64,000 nucleotides of DNA from an uncultured virus (IMG/VR IMGVR_UViG_3300028840_007129). Lineage: Duplodnaviria > Heunggongvirae > Uroviricota > Caudoviricetes. Made by a program: the position numbers and the translations under genes. The notes under the pieces were generated by a model, which saw only the letters and a program-made list of their open reading frames with translations, had not been told where the DNA came from and did no database searches. The stretch lies in the IMG/VR virus record IMGVR_UViG_3300028840_007129. One strand, 5' to 3'. Positions 39,477 to 51,383 of the stretch are shown here, piece by piece; the first letter of the stretch is position 1, and each line of letters opens with the position of its first letter.

Positions 39477-40514
39477 CTAAACATCTTTCCTCCTATTGTT
39501 CCATTTTATGTCTTCTATTGGCATTGTACTATCCAGCGTCGGCATGAGAGATGGGTATTTATTATAATGGCCTCTCACTATGATATCAATATAATGATAC
39601 TGACACAGCCCGCTGAGGTACCCGGCGTGGCTTCCACATTCTGGGATGCCACATTTCTCCACGGTCTGCGGATCCCTTAGTTTATTCCCATCATAGTCGA
39701 TGATATGCCCGACATAATATTGAGCATGATGTCGTCTACAAAATCTTTCTCCCGGTTTGTACCTACTGCATTTTCCAGTCCCCGCGTTTCTTCCAACACA
39801 AAAAGGTGATCCGCTACCGGGCTTTCGAGGTGGTACTGGCTTGATGAGTTTACGAATCACGTTTCCATTATAATCAATGATGCCCTTATGGTACTGGTTT
39901 TGATGCTTACCACAGAATCTGCACCTTCCTCTTCTATTAGAGCACTCTCCCTCTCCTTTACCCTTTGCTACACATTGAGAATGAGACCCCTTTTTTGGAT
40001 TTCTTAGGCGGTTGCCCTGTGTATCAATCTCTCCCCTATAGTATGCTGCTCGATGCCTTTGACAAAAGCGTCCATTGATATACCGACCACAAGGAGAATC
40101 AGGTCTCCGTGCAACACATCCCTGAAATATTTTCTTGCCAGGCTTACCTTTTCTCCAATTTTTAGGTTTCAAGTCTCTGAGTTTTTTTCCCTTCCAATCT
40201 ATAATTCTTTTATCATATTGGCTACGGTGTTTAGAACAAAACCTTCCCGCTCTTGTCTGGCTACACTCTCCTGTTCCAGCATTTTTAGCAACACAATCGG
40301 GTTTTTTGTAATTACGCCATCTTCTCAAGGATCTCGGAGTGGGATCACGTAGTTTCTTTCCATTTCTATCAATAAGGCCCGATTCGTACTGTCCTTTATG
40401 CTTTGCACAGAAACGACCGTATATTTTGGGGCCTTTTGTGCAAGGCCCCGCTCCGGAGTTTCTTGCAAGACATGACTTAAATCTAATGGTCATGCTCATT
40501 ACATGTCTCTCCAT
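39477..40514 (-). CDS. Basic protein with five tandem CCCH-type Zn-finger-like repeats
   Basis: Repeats C-x7-9-C-x8-10-C-xx-H followed by Y..G.ID..G..LR. Confidence 0.75.
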   Translation of the reverse strand: MERHVMSMTIRFKSCLARNSGAGPCTKGPKIYGRFCAKHKGQYESGLIDRNGKKLRDPTPRSLRRWRNYKKPDCVAKNAGTGECSQTRAGRFCSKHRSQYDKRIIDWKGKKLRDLKPKNWRKGKPGKKIFQGCVARRPDSPCGRYINGRFCQRHRAAYYRGEIDTQGNRLRNPKKGSHSQCVAKGKGEGECSNRRGRCRFCGKHQNQYHKGIIDYNGNVIRKLIKPVPPRKPGSGSPFCVGRNAGTGKCSRYKPGERFCRRHHAQYYVGHIIDYDGNKLRDPQTVEKCGIPECGSHAGYLSGLCQYHYIDIIVRGHYNKYPSLMPTLDSTMPIEDIKWNNRRKDV

Positions 40515-41434
40515 GACCGTGATACGACATCAGGATTCAGACCATTATTGGTGACGGCTTCGACTTTGAGTTCCTTGTTCAAAGACACAATCGCTTTTAT
40601 ATACCCTACTGGTGTTGGTGACAACCCCCGTTCAGCAACATAGCTCCGAGTATTAAAATTGGCTATGTCATAGAAGCTACCAGTCAGGCAGGTGTACTGC
40701 GTGTACCGAGCCTGAATGCCTTCACGGGGAACAGGTACAATCCGTCGAACCTCTTCCACTCGACAATCATGGGTGTGTCCATAAAAAGCTATCTGGTTCA
40801 GTCTGACGAAATCGTCTTCAGTAAGCTCATTCTCTCTTAAAAAATCCCGTACAATACGGACACGCCCTTGCTCCAAACGGGAGTTGGAGGCTCCATGGAA
40901 AGCCACAGTTCTGAGAGTTGCTATTTTCTTTTTGCCAACAAACAGGTCAAAATAGATATATGCCTTTATACCCAGTGGCTCAACCCCCGTCTCCCGATAT
41001 AGCCGATAGATAGGATCAGAATCCCCTCGGCAGTATTTCAGTTCATGGTTACCTATCAGGGCTCCCACGAAGTGTACCCGCTTGGATTCCAGCAAGGGTT
41101 TAAGAGAGGTTGCTATAAAAATCTGGGCGTCATCCATGGAGCACTTATGTTCCGCAAGTTGAAACCGTTTATCCGTGATGTTAATAGCATCGAAGAGGTC
41201 ACCCATTAGAATTACATAGACATGTCGCTTTTTCGATTCTTCAAGGATTTGACGTACGAATTCGTAGAAGGCTGTCTCGTTAAAGCAAGTGGCTCCGACA
41301 TGGAAGTCTCCGGCTGCAACCAGGGCGATCTCTTCCTCTGGGGATTTTAGGGCAACGGGGATGATTTTTTTCTGGACAGACGGCGTAACGGACCGAACGC
41401 GAGCGTTTTCGGGGCTTTTGGATTTTTTATTCAT
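40499..41434 (-). CDS. Calcineurin-like metallophosphoesterase
   Basis: GDFHVG, MGDLFD, GNHE, FHG and GHTH motifs. Confidence 0.9.
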   Translation of the reverse strand: MNKKSKSPENARVRSVTPSVQKKIIPVALKSPEEEIALVAAGDFHVGATCFNETAFYEFVRQILEESKKRHVYVILMGDLFDAINITDKRFQLAEHKCSMDDAQIFIATSLKPLLESKRVHFVGALIGNHELKYCRGDSDPIYRLYRETGVEPLGIKAYIYFDLFVGKKKIATLRTVAFHGASNSRLEQGRVRIVRDFLRENELTEDDFVRLNQIAFYGHTHDCRVEEVRRIVPVPREGIQARYTQYTCLTGSFYDIANFNTRSYVAERGLSPTPVGYIKAIVSLNKELKVEAVTNNGLNPDVVSRSWRDM

Positions 41435-42629
41435 ATTGTCCTCCTTACCCTAATATATGTCTTTCTCAGACAAAAATCAACAGATATTTTCAGATTTCTA
41501 CAGATTTATCGAAACTGTTTCAAACCTCCATTCTATCGCACGTCTCAGGTTCACCGTTATCGTACATTTTCCCCTCTTTTTATTAATTCATTACAGGTTT
41601 CACAGCATAACCAGCCACCTAGTGCGGGAGAAAATTGTGTCCACCCCTGTGGTAAGGGAAACATTTTTAAAGGGTTAATAGGGCGTTCCCATGTGACGCA
41701 CTTATTACAGAAATGGCACAATATTTGTTTTTTTGTGTATTGTTCAAGCGCTTCATGGTAATCTCTGACTGACTTACATTTTTCACAGACAAGGTAGTCT
41801 CTGCATTGGGATATTTCCCTGTGGAATTCTTTTCCACCGCATTTTGGGCAATCCGTTGGGGACTCTTTTGCAGGAATATCTTCTATCTTTCCGGATTCCG
41901 CCATCTTTCGCTGGCTATCGTTAAGCATGGCTAAAGCTCGTTCCCCCACCTGGATGCGATTAGCTGCCCATTCCGGGTAACGCCTTACCATGTGAAGAAT
42001 ATCGACCTTCTGATTTGAATTGAAAGCGTCGGTGTATCTCTTCTCTAGGTCCATTATTCTACTCCGACTGAGGTCCGGTACTCTTCAAGATTTCAAAAAC
42101 GGGTATTACACCGCTTCCCATACAGGTTTCACATTCAAAAGGCTGTCCAAAATCTCCAACGGTGCTACCGCCGCATGTTGGACAGACAGTTTCTAATGGA
42201 CTGCAATCCTTCTCTTTTTTATCGAACCAGGTTACTGTTATTGTTTCCATCATCCTGCTCCAAGAGGGGCCGGGTGTATGGGCTCTATTAGTTTATATAA
42301 GCCAGACTGCTCACCGGGGAGACTACACTTATATTCATGGCCATCCCACGTGAACCTCACCATTTTATCATTGCCCTCTTCAAAATCCTCTATAAGTAGG
42401 TCCAATACGGTCTCTAGGAAAACATAGTTTTCGCTGTCTAAACAAGCTCTGGCTTTCTTAACTAGTTTTAAAAGTTTCTTATTCCTTTTACCGAGTAGGT
42501 CTTTAATCGTGTCCCTTAAAGCTTCTACTTCATCCTCTAATGTTTTCACTTTACCTTCTAACTCATTTATCTCGTACATACCTATTCGGTCCCTTCTATT
42601 ATCTGGTTTATGATGAAAAGGATTCCACC

Positions 42630-43226
42630 TTAGTAAGTCCCAATCGAGGTGATTTCTTCTATAGAGAGGTCTTTTCCCAGGAGCATTGGCAGATAAGTGA
42701 CAAGGTCCTTTGTATTTTCCTCAATCAGGCCCCTATCTTTATTTTTATAGGTTTTAAAAGGCCGCTTTATTATGCTGAAGGTCTGGAAGTCTTCATTATC
42801 ACAGTGAACATAAAAATCTACAGAAGTTGAACCGCCCATATAAGGAGACATGGCACTAAATGACCTATGTCCGAATATCCATGGAATGAACTCGCCCTTT
42901 CCATGATTTCCTCTTATTATGGAAATAATACCTACATAACGTGGACGTGGTTTCCCAAAATACTGGCAACATTCAAATCTGCTTTTGCATAAAAAAATTC
43001 CATGCTCTTTATGATAGTGGACCTTTGCTCCAAAGTGATATCTGCAGTCAGTAAGAAAACTGATATGGTAGCTTTGACCTTCAACGCCCCTAAATTTGGA
43101 AAGGACTATTTCTGAGGGTAGTTTTCTTGGTTGTTGAGGGACTACGGGAGTCTCCTCATTAAGTTTATCCAGAGACTCCTCACCACCTATAAGAAGTTGA
43201 TAACGACTCATGACTTCACGACTCAT
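42630..43226 (-). CDS. Hypothetical protein, possibly gp32-like ssDNA-binding
   Basis: HY..C..CC cluster followed by beta-rich RY...W.FG...DF; weak resemblance only. Confidence 0.3.
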   Translation of the reverse strand: MSREVMSRYQLLIGGEESLDKLNEETPVVPQQPRKLPSEIVLSKFRGVEGQSYHISFLTDCRYHFGAKVHYHKEHGIFLCKSRFECCQYFGKPRPRYVGIISIIRGNHGKGEFIPWIFGHRSFSAMSPYMGGSTSVDFYVHCDNEDFQTFSIIKRPFKTYKNKDRGLIEENTKDLVTYLPMLLGKDLSIEEITSIGTY

Positions 43227-45991
43227 GACTTCTCTGCAATAGTCTTTGCCAGATAGGTGAAAGCAATGATAATAAGAGCCACCGCCTTAAGGGTCTCGAT
43301 AATATAAATGCCAAGGGTCACATTTTCGATATTAGTCATGGTTACTCCTCAACTTGAGTCTTTAAATGTTCGGGGAGGAAGTTCTTGAAATTCTTTATGT
43401 CGGATACCTCGTTGAGATCCTTAACAGGGACGGAGTACACTTCCCGTTCCCTCACATCTCCCTTCCTGGTAAAAACATCATACTCGTCTTCATTAAATGC
43501 TACCCCAGCTGCCGTGAACATACCGTTATCAATAAGCACCACGGGTACAGCGCCTTTTTTCGAGAATTCCTCGAAAGTAGGTATACAACCAGTCCATACG
43601 TCTGTAGGACCGGAAATCATCTCAAATTGACCCAGAAAGTGCTCTTTAGTCATGTTCCGGGGATTAATGTAGCAGCCCATATAGATACTCCTTATTTAAA
43701 GGCATGCACCTATAATGATAGTCTAGAAGTAAGCAGTTATAAAGAAAGGGGTTAAGTTTTTTGACCCCGCGTTACGGGGCCAATTTCAAAGACTTCGAGG
43801 TGTGGGGCTACTGGGATTGGGTTCCATTACGGATACCGAGGGTAATATTCAAGGCCTTGGTGGGTTTCCTCATGACGACTCCTGAAGAGAGTTTCTCCAG
43901 GAGACCTATCTCGACTTTATTAGCTATCTCGGCTTTTTCTTGGCCGCTCGTATCTTCTTTATAATGAAATCACCTTCTCCGGAGACGGTTCAGACGGTGT
44001 ACCGTTACAGCGAGCTCACCAGCCAAATTTTTTGTACCGAAGTCGAGCCGGGCAAGTTTTGATGTCGAAACCATCTTTGTTCTCATTATCATAGGGATCT
44101 ATTTCAAACATGTAGCACCTCGTCTTATTCCATTCGGCGAGAGTATTATCATTCACCTCATGTTGGAGGCAGAATTCATTGTCACATTGGTCCATCTTAT
44201 TTCTCTTTAGAGAAGGCTCTCAAAACTATGGATAAGTCGGGGGCGCAGCTCGTACATAAAAGGCTCTCCATGGGCTCATTGATTAGACCGATGGTAACAA
44301 AATAACAATCCCATACTAGTCCCTCACGCAACGATCTTCTACACTTGATACATCTTTTCTCATTTTTAGTGTCAGTTTTTAGAACGAGCCGAACTTTATC
44401 CGTGGGGTCCCCAGGAATTTCATACCACAAACCTATTTTAGCGCCAAAAGCTTCTTTAACAGACTTCTGAATGATAATGTTATATCCAAATAAGGATATC
44501 ACCATTATAGGCCCCCTTCCTTCCGTATAGTGTCTGCAAGCAAAATAATAGCGTTTCTAATCTTAAGGTACTTTCCTGGTTTAGAAAATGAGATTTTCAA
44601 GGGTTTCCAGCATTTTATTAATAGTCTTTTATTCATAGCATTTTGTCATCGCATCTTGGAAAGCACCATTGATTCCGAAAAGGATAAAAATGCACACCTT
44701 CTCTATCGTATTGCTAAGCATTGCAGTAGCATGTGTTCTGATCGTGACCGGGCTACTAATTTACTGGAACCGTGACCCTACCAAGAGAATCATGAACCAC
44801 AGGGGCCATAGACGGGACCCGGAGGCAGATTAATCATACTCGGTCATATCCCTATAGGTCCCCTTCATATCATCTATTAACTCCTGGGAGTCGTTCAGGA
44901 AATCTATGGTTTCCTGACGGTCTTCAGCCGACACATCCTCGTCAAACTCCATATCAGGTGCTTCATGATCAAGGCGGTCCATTAGTATCCCTCCGGAGGA
45001 ATAGGATACATCCTACAGTAATAACTCCAACCAGTGATATGGAAACTCTATCTACGAGCAATGCCACTCTCTCATACCCTGACAGTTTCAGAACGAGCCC
45101 TATAAATAGGCAGCTCATGAGAATGGATATTCCTCTTGGAAAAGGTTTACCGGAGAACCAGAACCGACAGACCTTACGCATAGAATGCCTCCAAAAACAG
45201 CTACCAGTTAATATAATTCATCTAGCACCGGTTGGGGCTATGATGTTTTCTTGTCGAGGATCCCATCCTGTTCGGGTGAGAGTCTAAGGCTGCCCAGAAT
45301 GCTCATAAGTCCTTATTACTGCGTGACTTTCATCTCCATGTGTTTCATAGCCCGAAACCTATAACACTACCCAGTTGTTTAGGTTTCTTACAGGGCTTGT
45401 AGCTCCTGTATTTAGGGGACCATTTAAACCACCACTCTCTTCTTTCTTCGGCCATTAAGAGCCCCTCAGCGACTTCCTCTATAAGGGCTATCGGATAAGA
45501 CCCCTCATACATTTCTGCCCAATTCTCAGCCACGGCCTTTTGGGCAACCTCTAATTTTGAGAACCATCCCCAGGTCCTTTGGTCTCTTATTCCGAAATAC
45601 TCCTTCTGACTTGGATAGATCCGGACATTGAACGAGTGATAGAGGCCGTCCCTAGACCTCTTGGCGTTGATGTACCGGGGGCCAATATCCATAGTTGTAA
45701 CGACATATACTTTTTTCATGACTCATCCATATTAAGAGCATTCTCAACCATCTGTTCAACAGTGTTGATGTCTCCTACTTCTAGATTAAGTTTTTGAGTG
45801 GCATCTTTTAGGTTTTTCCAACCACGATTGTTGATGATTTCCATTACCGCCGAACTGTGTGACCCCTTTCTCGAATTGAGGCCAGAAACCAATGCCTTCA
45901 AACATCCCTCAAAGATTTTCAAACCTACATCAGAATTCCCATCTACCTTGAAATGAACGATGTAATACCCTTCATGCATAACAAGACCCCC

Positions 45992-46969
45992 TTAAGCTGC
46001 AAGAAATTTATAGACATTCCCTGATTTTCTGAACAGGTCCGGATCCGTCTTCAACATGGTAAGAAAGGCTACGACATTATCTGTATCAGGTAAATTCCCA
46101 CTCAATCTAACACATACCTCTTCAATAAGGCTCCCATCCTTATAGACTTTGGTGTGCCATTTATTTTTAAATATCTGATAAGTTTTTCCGTCACGGGCTT
46201 TCAATGAAATGAACCCGTTTATGCGGTATGATTTATAGTCCTTTTCTGATATCATCTCACGGAGAGTCTCCAGGGCTCTCTTCTCTGACTCACTCGTTGG
46301 AAAAACGGGACGACCCCTGTGGACCATTTTGCACATCAAATTCATCTTTAACTTAAGGCGCTTTTCCTCCGGTCCTATTCTCTTATCATTTTTATAGGTA
46401 CTATATTCATATGTTTGTATATAAATGGTTACTAATCGTTCTACATTATCGTAGCTAATGCATATGATTTCAGCATTATATTTTGATAGATAATCAATGT
46501 TGAAAAATCCCTTATTTTGATTTTGGACCGTAAGATAGAAAAAGCTATTATCAAACGTGCTACCCTTAATATCTGAAACCATATCAGGTGTAAGATATAA
46601 ACCCCCAAATAATCTTTTTATCCTCACCTCTTTGGTATCTATGTATCGTTCCAGGCGACTATTAACACAGTCTATTATAGGACCCGTTATCTCTTGTTGG
46701 CTAAGGGGCCTTTTAGTAGGATTGATCAGTTGCTGAACGTGAAACCGAATTTGATAGGTTTTCTTTATCTGAAGCCCCATCTCAGAAAAGTCCATCTCTA
46801 CGTGTTCATATCCGGCCCCATAGTGACTCACTACCCCCATTGAGGGTTCAACCATTCTGATAACTTCTGGAAACATATCAGAGACCTTTATAGCACAAAG
46901 AGCCACTTTTAATGACCCTTTTAGGTCTGACCTGTCCGAGGCACTTTTCCGTCGAGAAACATTTACCAC
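45992..46969 (-). CDS. Paralog family A member 1 (conserved ~100-aa C-terminal domain)
   Basis: ALETLREMISEK...GF...YQIF...HTKV...EEVCV...P.TD...GNVYK. Confidence 0.75.
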   Translation of the reverse strand: MVNVSRRKSASDRSDLKGSLKVALCAIKVSDMFPEVIRMVEPSMGVVSHYGAGYEHVEMDFSEMGLQIKKTYQIRFHVQQLINPTKRPLSQQEITGPIIDCVNSRLERYIDTKEVRIKRLFGGLYLTPDMVSDIKGSTFDNSFFYLTVQNQNKGFFNIDYLSKYNAEIICISYDNVERLVTIYIQTYEYSTYKNDKRIGPEEKRLKLKMNLMCKMVHRGRPVFPTSESEKRALETLREMISEKDYKSYRINGFISLKARDGKTYQIFKNKWHTKVYKDGSLIEEVCVRLSGNLPDTDNVVAFLTMLKTDPDLFRKSGNVYKFLAA

Positions 46970-47986
46970 CTATTTTGAGTAAACAGTGACCTTTCTTAGA
47001 GCACTCATAACTACCGCTATTAATGGCTTGTCCTTTTTTAAGCATACCATCTCCTTCAGTATACGCCAGTGTTGAGTTCCTCGATATCAGTATATTCATA
47101 TCTCTGGCCGCAGAGGATGCACTGGTCGTTCGCTAACAGCTTACCATTCTTAATATCTCTTACTACTAAAAGGATACCCTTTTTACATTCTGGGCACTCT
47201 CTTTTATAGATGCTCTCTCCCCAGGGTATCAGACTACCATGTTTCACCTTTTTTACGGGTGAATCCATGTTAATGAGAAGGAGCTTATCATAGCCCTGAT
47301 CAGCATCAAAATCAAGAAACTCTATTTCTGCACCATTTTCAAGGGTGGCTTTCGTTTCTTGTTCCAGGTCCATCTTTATGGTTGTCGGTTTTTCACCTTT
47401 AACTGATATCCTAAATTTAATAATCCCTTTCACTGTCATTCCTTTCTATTCATGGCTTTGATAAGAGATATAACTCCTCTAGCAGTCCCCGTCCAGCCAT
47501 CTACTGACTTTCCGAAATATTCATCGAAAGACATGTTTTTAACGTTATTTTTATCGTGGGCCCCATCCCAATATCTCTGGGCGAGTATCTTCGCTACAGT
47601 TATCAAAATCTCATTGGAAGTAAATACAGCGGGGCTCATATGGGACCTGTAATATCTCTCCTCTATTTTGATCCACCTGTCCTCGATATAAGCATATTTG
47701 TCGAGATGGCCGGTTCGCTCTCCCCAGTATTCTATTCTTGAGGTATTATGAATCCTTCTTACTTTTTCAGCTATTGATAGTCCCCTTTTATTGAACTCTC
47801 GGCTCTTTTCCTTAAGTATACGAAAAGTCTCTTTATCCGTATATTTTCTGCTATAATCCAGTATCCACTCATGGAGTTCTATGATAAGGTCATCAGGAAG
47901 ACCAGACTGATCGTAGTCTACCATTATTCCCGTATCGAGGTCCCATAAACCGGTGCTGGAGAAGTCTGCCATCACTTTGAAGTTCA

Positions 47987-48757
47987 TTATCCTGCCATCT
48001 TGTAGACGTTTCCGAGTTTTTTGATATCATCCTCGGAAGTCTCAATAATGGTTTTCATGGAGATAACCCTATCCGTCTGGGGTATTTTTTTGTCCTTGAG
48101 AGTAACACATATCTCTTCTAACAGTTTTCCATCAAACCAAACGCGCATATGTCCCGTATCTCTAAATATCTGGTAGACCCTTCCGCTTTTACCTAAAACA
48201 GAGATGAATCCGTCCCTTATATATCGCCGGTACTCCTGTTCAGAGATCATTTCACGAAGGGTCTCGATTGCCCTCCATTCATCATCAGATATGCCCGCTA
48301 TCGGTTTCGACCGAGTACGGACGTTAATGACGAGGCCGCTTCTTGCTCTATGGGCAAAGACAGGATGGACTACTCTTACTGTGAACCCATTTCCTTCATG
48401 AATAGGCTCAGAATAGAGTAAATACCCATTCTTGAGAGTCTTGTTGGGATAAAGATTTAAGGGGATGGCGTCGGACCTGAGCTCAAGGGTGTCGCTGAAG
48501 ATAACTTGAGCACCAAGAAGCATTGGATTCAAAGCTGGAGATGGGACGGTAAACAGGTCTGTATTTTTAAATAGATGAACATAATCTTTCTTCGGAAGAC
48601 ATACTTTATCTACGGTGAGGCCATTGTTGTGGACATGGTTGAAAGCGGTACATAGTTCATCAAGTAATACAAATGTTTTCGGATCTTCTGTACAACGCAC
48701 ATCCCCAAATTTTTTGGCTAGTGGATTACAGGGATGGAGGGGTGTTTTCTGATTCAT
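47987..48757 (-). CDS. Paralog family A member 2
   Basis: AIETLREMISEQ...GKSGRVYQIF...EEICV...PQTD...GNVYK. Confidence 0.75.
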   Translation of the reverse strand: MNQKTPLHPCNPLAKKFGDVRCTEDPKTFVLLDELCTAFNHVHNNGLTVDKVCLPKKDYVHLFKNTDLFTVPSPALNPMLLGAQVIFSDTLELRSDAIPLNLYPNKTLKNGYLLYSEPIHEGNGFTVRVVHPVFAHRARSGLVINVRTRSKPIAGISDDEWRAIETLREMISEQEYRRYIRDGFISVLGKSGRVYQIFRDTGHMRVWFDGKLLEEICVTLKDKKIPQTDRVISMKTIIETSEDDIKKLGNVYKMAG

Positions 48758-50448
48758 GGCCGACCTCTTTTTTATCGGTCGATAGTCTTTTTTGAAGATA
48801 TTCTATTTCATCACAGAGCCTGTTTATAGCCAGTACCGCTCCGTGACACGGAAAAGCGTGTATTGAGTGTCCGTCGGAGTTATCGAGCCATTTCATAGAA
48901 TAATTGGTTCGGTAATCCTTCAGGTCTTTCTCACTTAATGGTACGTTCCCACACACGTATACAGACTCCCAGCACGGTTCCAAGAAACGACCCAATAAGC
49001 CCCAGTAAATATCCTAATAGCTTCATAGCCAACCTGTTTTTAAGACCTGATAATTGACCTTAAATTCTTTAAAAATAGGGCACATTTCTGGTCATATAGA
49101 GATACATCAGTACCGCATACAGGTAACGCTATGCAGGTTTCACATACGGGATGATATGATGTGTGCTCATCACACCCCGTGTTATTCCTGGCTTCGTGTA
49201 TGTGGCCTTTACAGCAATCTGCCGGTATCTCCACACCACCATCATCATCACCGACATATGGAAAATAATCAAGGCATCCCTTACAGCTTTCAGGCTTACT
49301 AGGCATCTATATCCCTCACAAGACACCTATCGGTATAAGGTCACTTTTCTTTGCAATGATAGATTCGGTATAGGACTTATCTAAGCGCCTTTTATTCTTT
49401 TTACTCTTGTAGTCCTCTACCATCACAATGAATTTCGGGGCTTGTTTCAAGCTCTCCTCGTCATAGATAGCAACCATGTGTTCTACTATTCCGATCGTGT
49501 CCCTTTCGGGTATGTATACTACATCATTCATCTTCATACCGTTAGAACCTTACTGAGAAATGTTCGGCCTTAAGTGTTTTTACACGGTGCCGGAGCTCTG
49601 GGTCATTATTCATCATCTTAGTAAGGAGCCTTCCAGGCATTTCATCTTCAGACAATGCCGGGTGCTTTCTATGAAACCGAGGTTCATGATTCCAACCATC
49701 CATAGTAGCTGTGAGAGCCAACTTCTTGGCTAAGGCCTCTTTGCTGTAACGATACTCAGTCATACAGCTTCCTTGTATTCAGGGACTGCTTCTATTGCAT
49801 TAATCCTCTTCCATCGGAAAGTACCCTTGCATTTACGGCACTTAAGGATAATATCCTCAACGCGAGAGGCGTCAGGCGGACATGACTCACTAAGAGTTTT
49901 TTTGCCACATTTCGGACACGGAACTCCTCTGACACCCAGAATAGCCATGGTTTCACCTGTTTAGGATGCTGTCTCGATACCTAATAATGCTTTCGTATTC
50001 TTTCTGAATATCCTTATCAGCCTGCAACACTGTAGCTCTGATAAAGATACCTGTAAGAAGACATACTGCAAGTATGACCAGAGCTGCAATGAGATAGGAA
50101 AATCGGTTCATTCCCGGTCTCCCCTGTTCGAATATCCCCCTTTTAGTGGTTTTATTTGATGTTATTCTGATGGATTATTTGGGCAATCTTTTGTATCACA
50201 TACCCATACCTGACGCATTGGTGCTCTGCATGCGGGACATTGAGGCGGACCCTGTTTTTGCTTTTTCTTAATTCGTTCCCATGCATGTAGTGTTACCTTA
50301 TCTGCATTTTTTCTCTTGAGGAAGACATCAACGATATCCGTGTCGCTCAGCATATCTCACACCTCAAAAGAAAAGAAAGGCGGCAGCTTAGCTACATGGG
50401 CAGATAACTGCAGACTGCTGCCGCTCAGCCCTGCAGATACTCCCCATG

Positions 50449-51375
50449 CTACATTTCTTGCACTTCTGGTTGCTTAGATAAGTGCATAACCTCTATTAAA
50501 GGCTTTTTCGATGCTTCTTCGCCCCTCTGAACATAAAAGGGCACGTACTTCAGCAGGTCCATGCCTCTGTATTTCTCAGGAATAGCCATGTCCCAGTACC
50601 TAAAAGAAACATCGTCACGGTGCCGGGCTATGCTATCCATCATCTTAACCTGATCACTGCGACGTTGGGTCCTGGCCAACCCACCGTCTGATGGTTTCAT
50701 GTAAGCCATAATCTGCTTTATAGTGAGCCATCGGCTCACTTCCTTATAGGTTTTCTTCTCAATGGGGAAAGTACAACCATAGGCGTCAAAAAGCAGGGGT
50801 TCCTGACCGTACCAGTTAAGTATCTCAGTTTCTGCCTTAGCCTGTTCGATCGGAAAGTTCTGAGTACCTATACCCCCGTCGGAGTAGACCATCTGATTTT
50901 TCGGGTCATCAAGCTCGCCGAAGTAGAATGGAGCGGCAAAACTTCGACATATACAGTCTACTACTTTCTCGTTCTCGACCTCGGGTTTCCATGATTTGAA
51001 GAAAACATTCTCCTCAGATACCAGGTCAGTTGCTACTATCATCAGCTTGGTTTTGCACTGACCCATCCTGAAATCTTCTCCAACATACTCGTCCCAGATG
51101 TCCCTGAAATTGTCCCGGTCGAATTTCGGGGGACCGAATCCTCTGCGCTTCTTAAAGGCATTCTTAAGGAATCTCGGGTAGTCCTTTTTAAGATCGGCCA
51201 TTTTCATGGCTCCTGTAGCTGCCATGCCAAGGTTGATGGAAGCCACGGAAGCCCCTACCACCAAGCTATAATATTCATGAAGAGGCTTTTTTTCACGTTC
51301 TTCAGCTTCAGCCAATAGCTGGATCTGAAATGCACCCATTGCACCACCACCGGAACCGATTGCCACTGCCTTCAT
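50449..51375 (-). CDS. Patatin-like phospholipase
   Basis: GSGGGAMG, GASVA nucleophile elbow, SFAAPFYF and DGG motifs. Confidence 0.88.
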   Translation of the reverse strand: MKAVAIGSGGGAMGAFQIQLLAEAEEREKKPLHEYYSLVVGASVASINLGMAATGAMKMADLKKDYPRFLKNAFKKRRGFGPPKFDRDNFRDIWDEYVGEDFRMGQCKTKLMIVATDLVSEENVFFKSWKPEVENEKVVDCICRSFAAPFYFGELDDPKNQMVYSDGGIGTQNFPIEQAKAETEILNWYGQEPLLFDAYGCTFPIEKKTYKEVSRWLTIKQIMAYMKPSDGGLARTQRRSDQVKMMDSIARHRDDVSFRYWDMAIPEKYRGMDLLKYVPFYVQRGEEASKKPLIEVMHLSKQPEVQEM

Positions 51376-51383
51376 AAGAGACC

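Noticed and set aside
50366..50424. Possible extra Y-RNA-like unit after patatin
   Set aside because: GCGGCAGC/GCTGCCGC stem with a U-tract but no UACAU or GACUA motifs on the minus strand; more likely a terminator.
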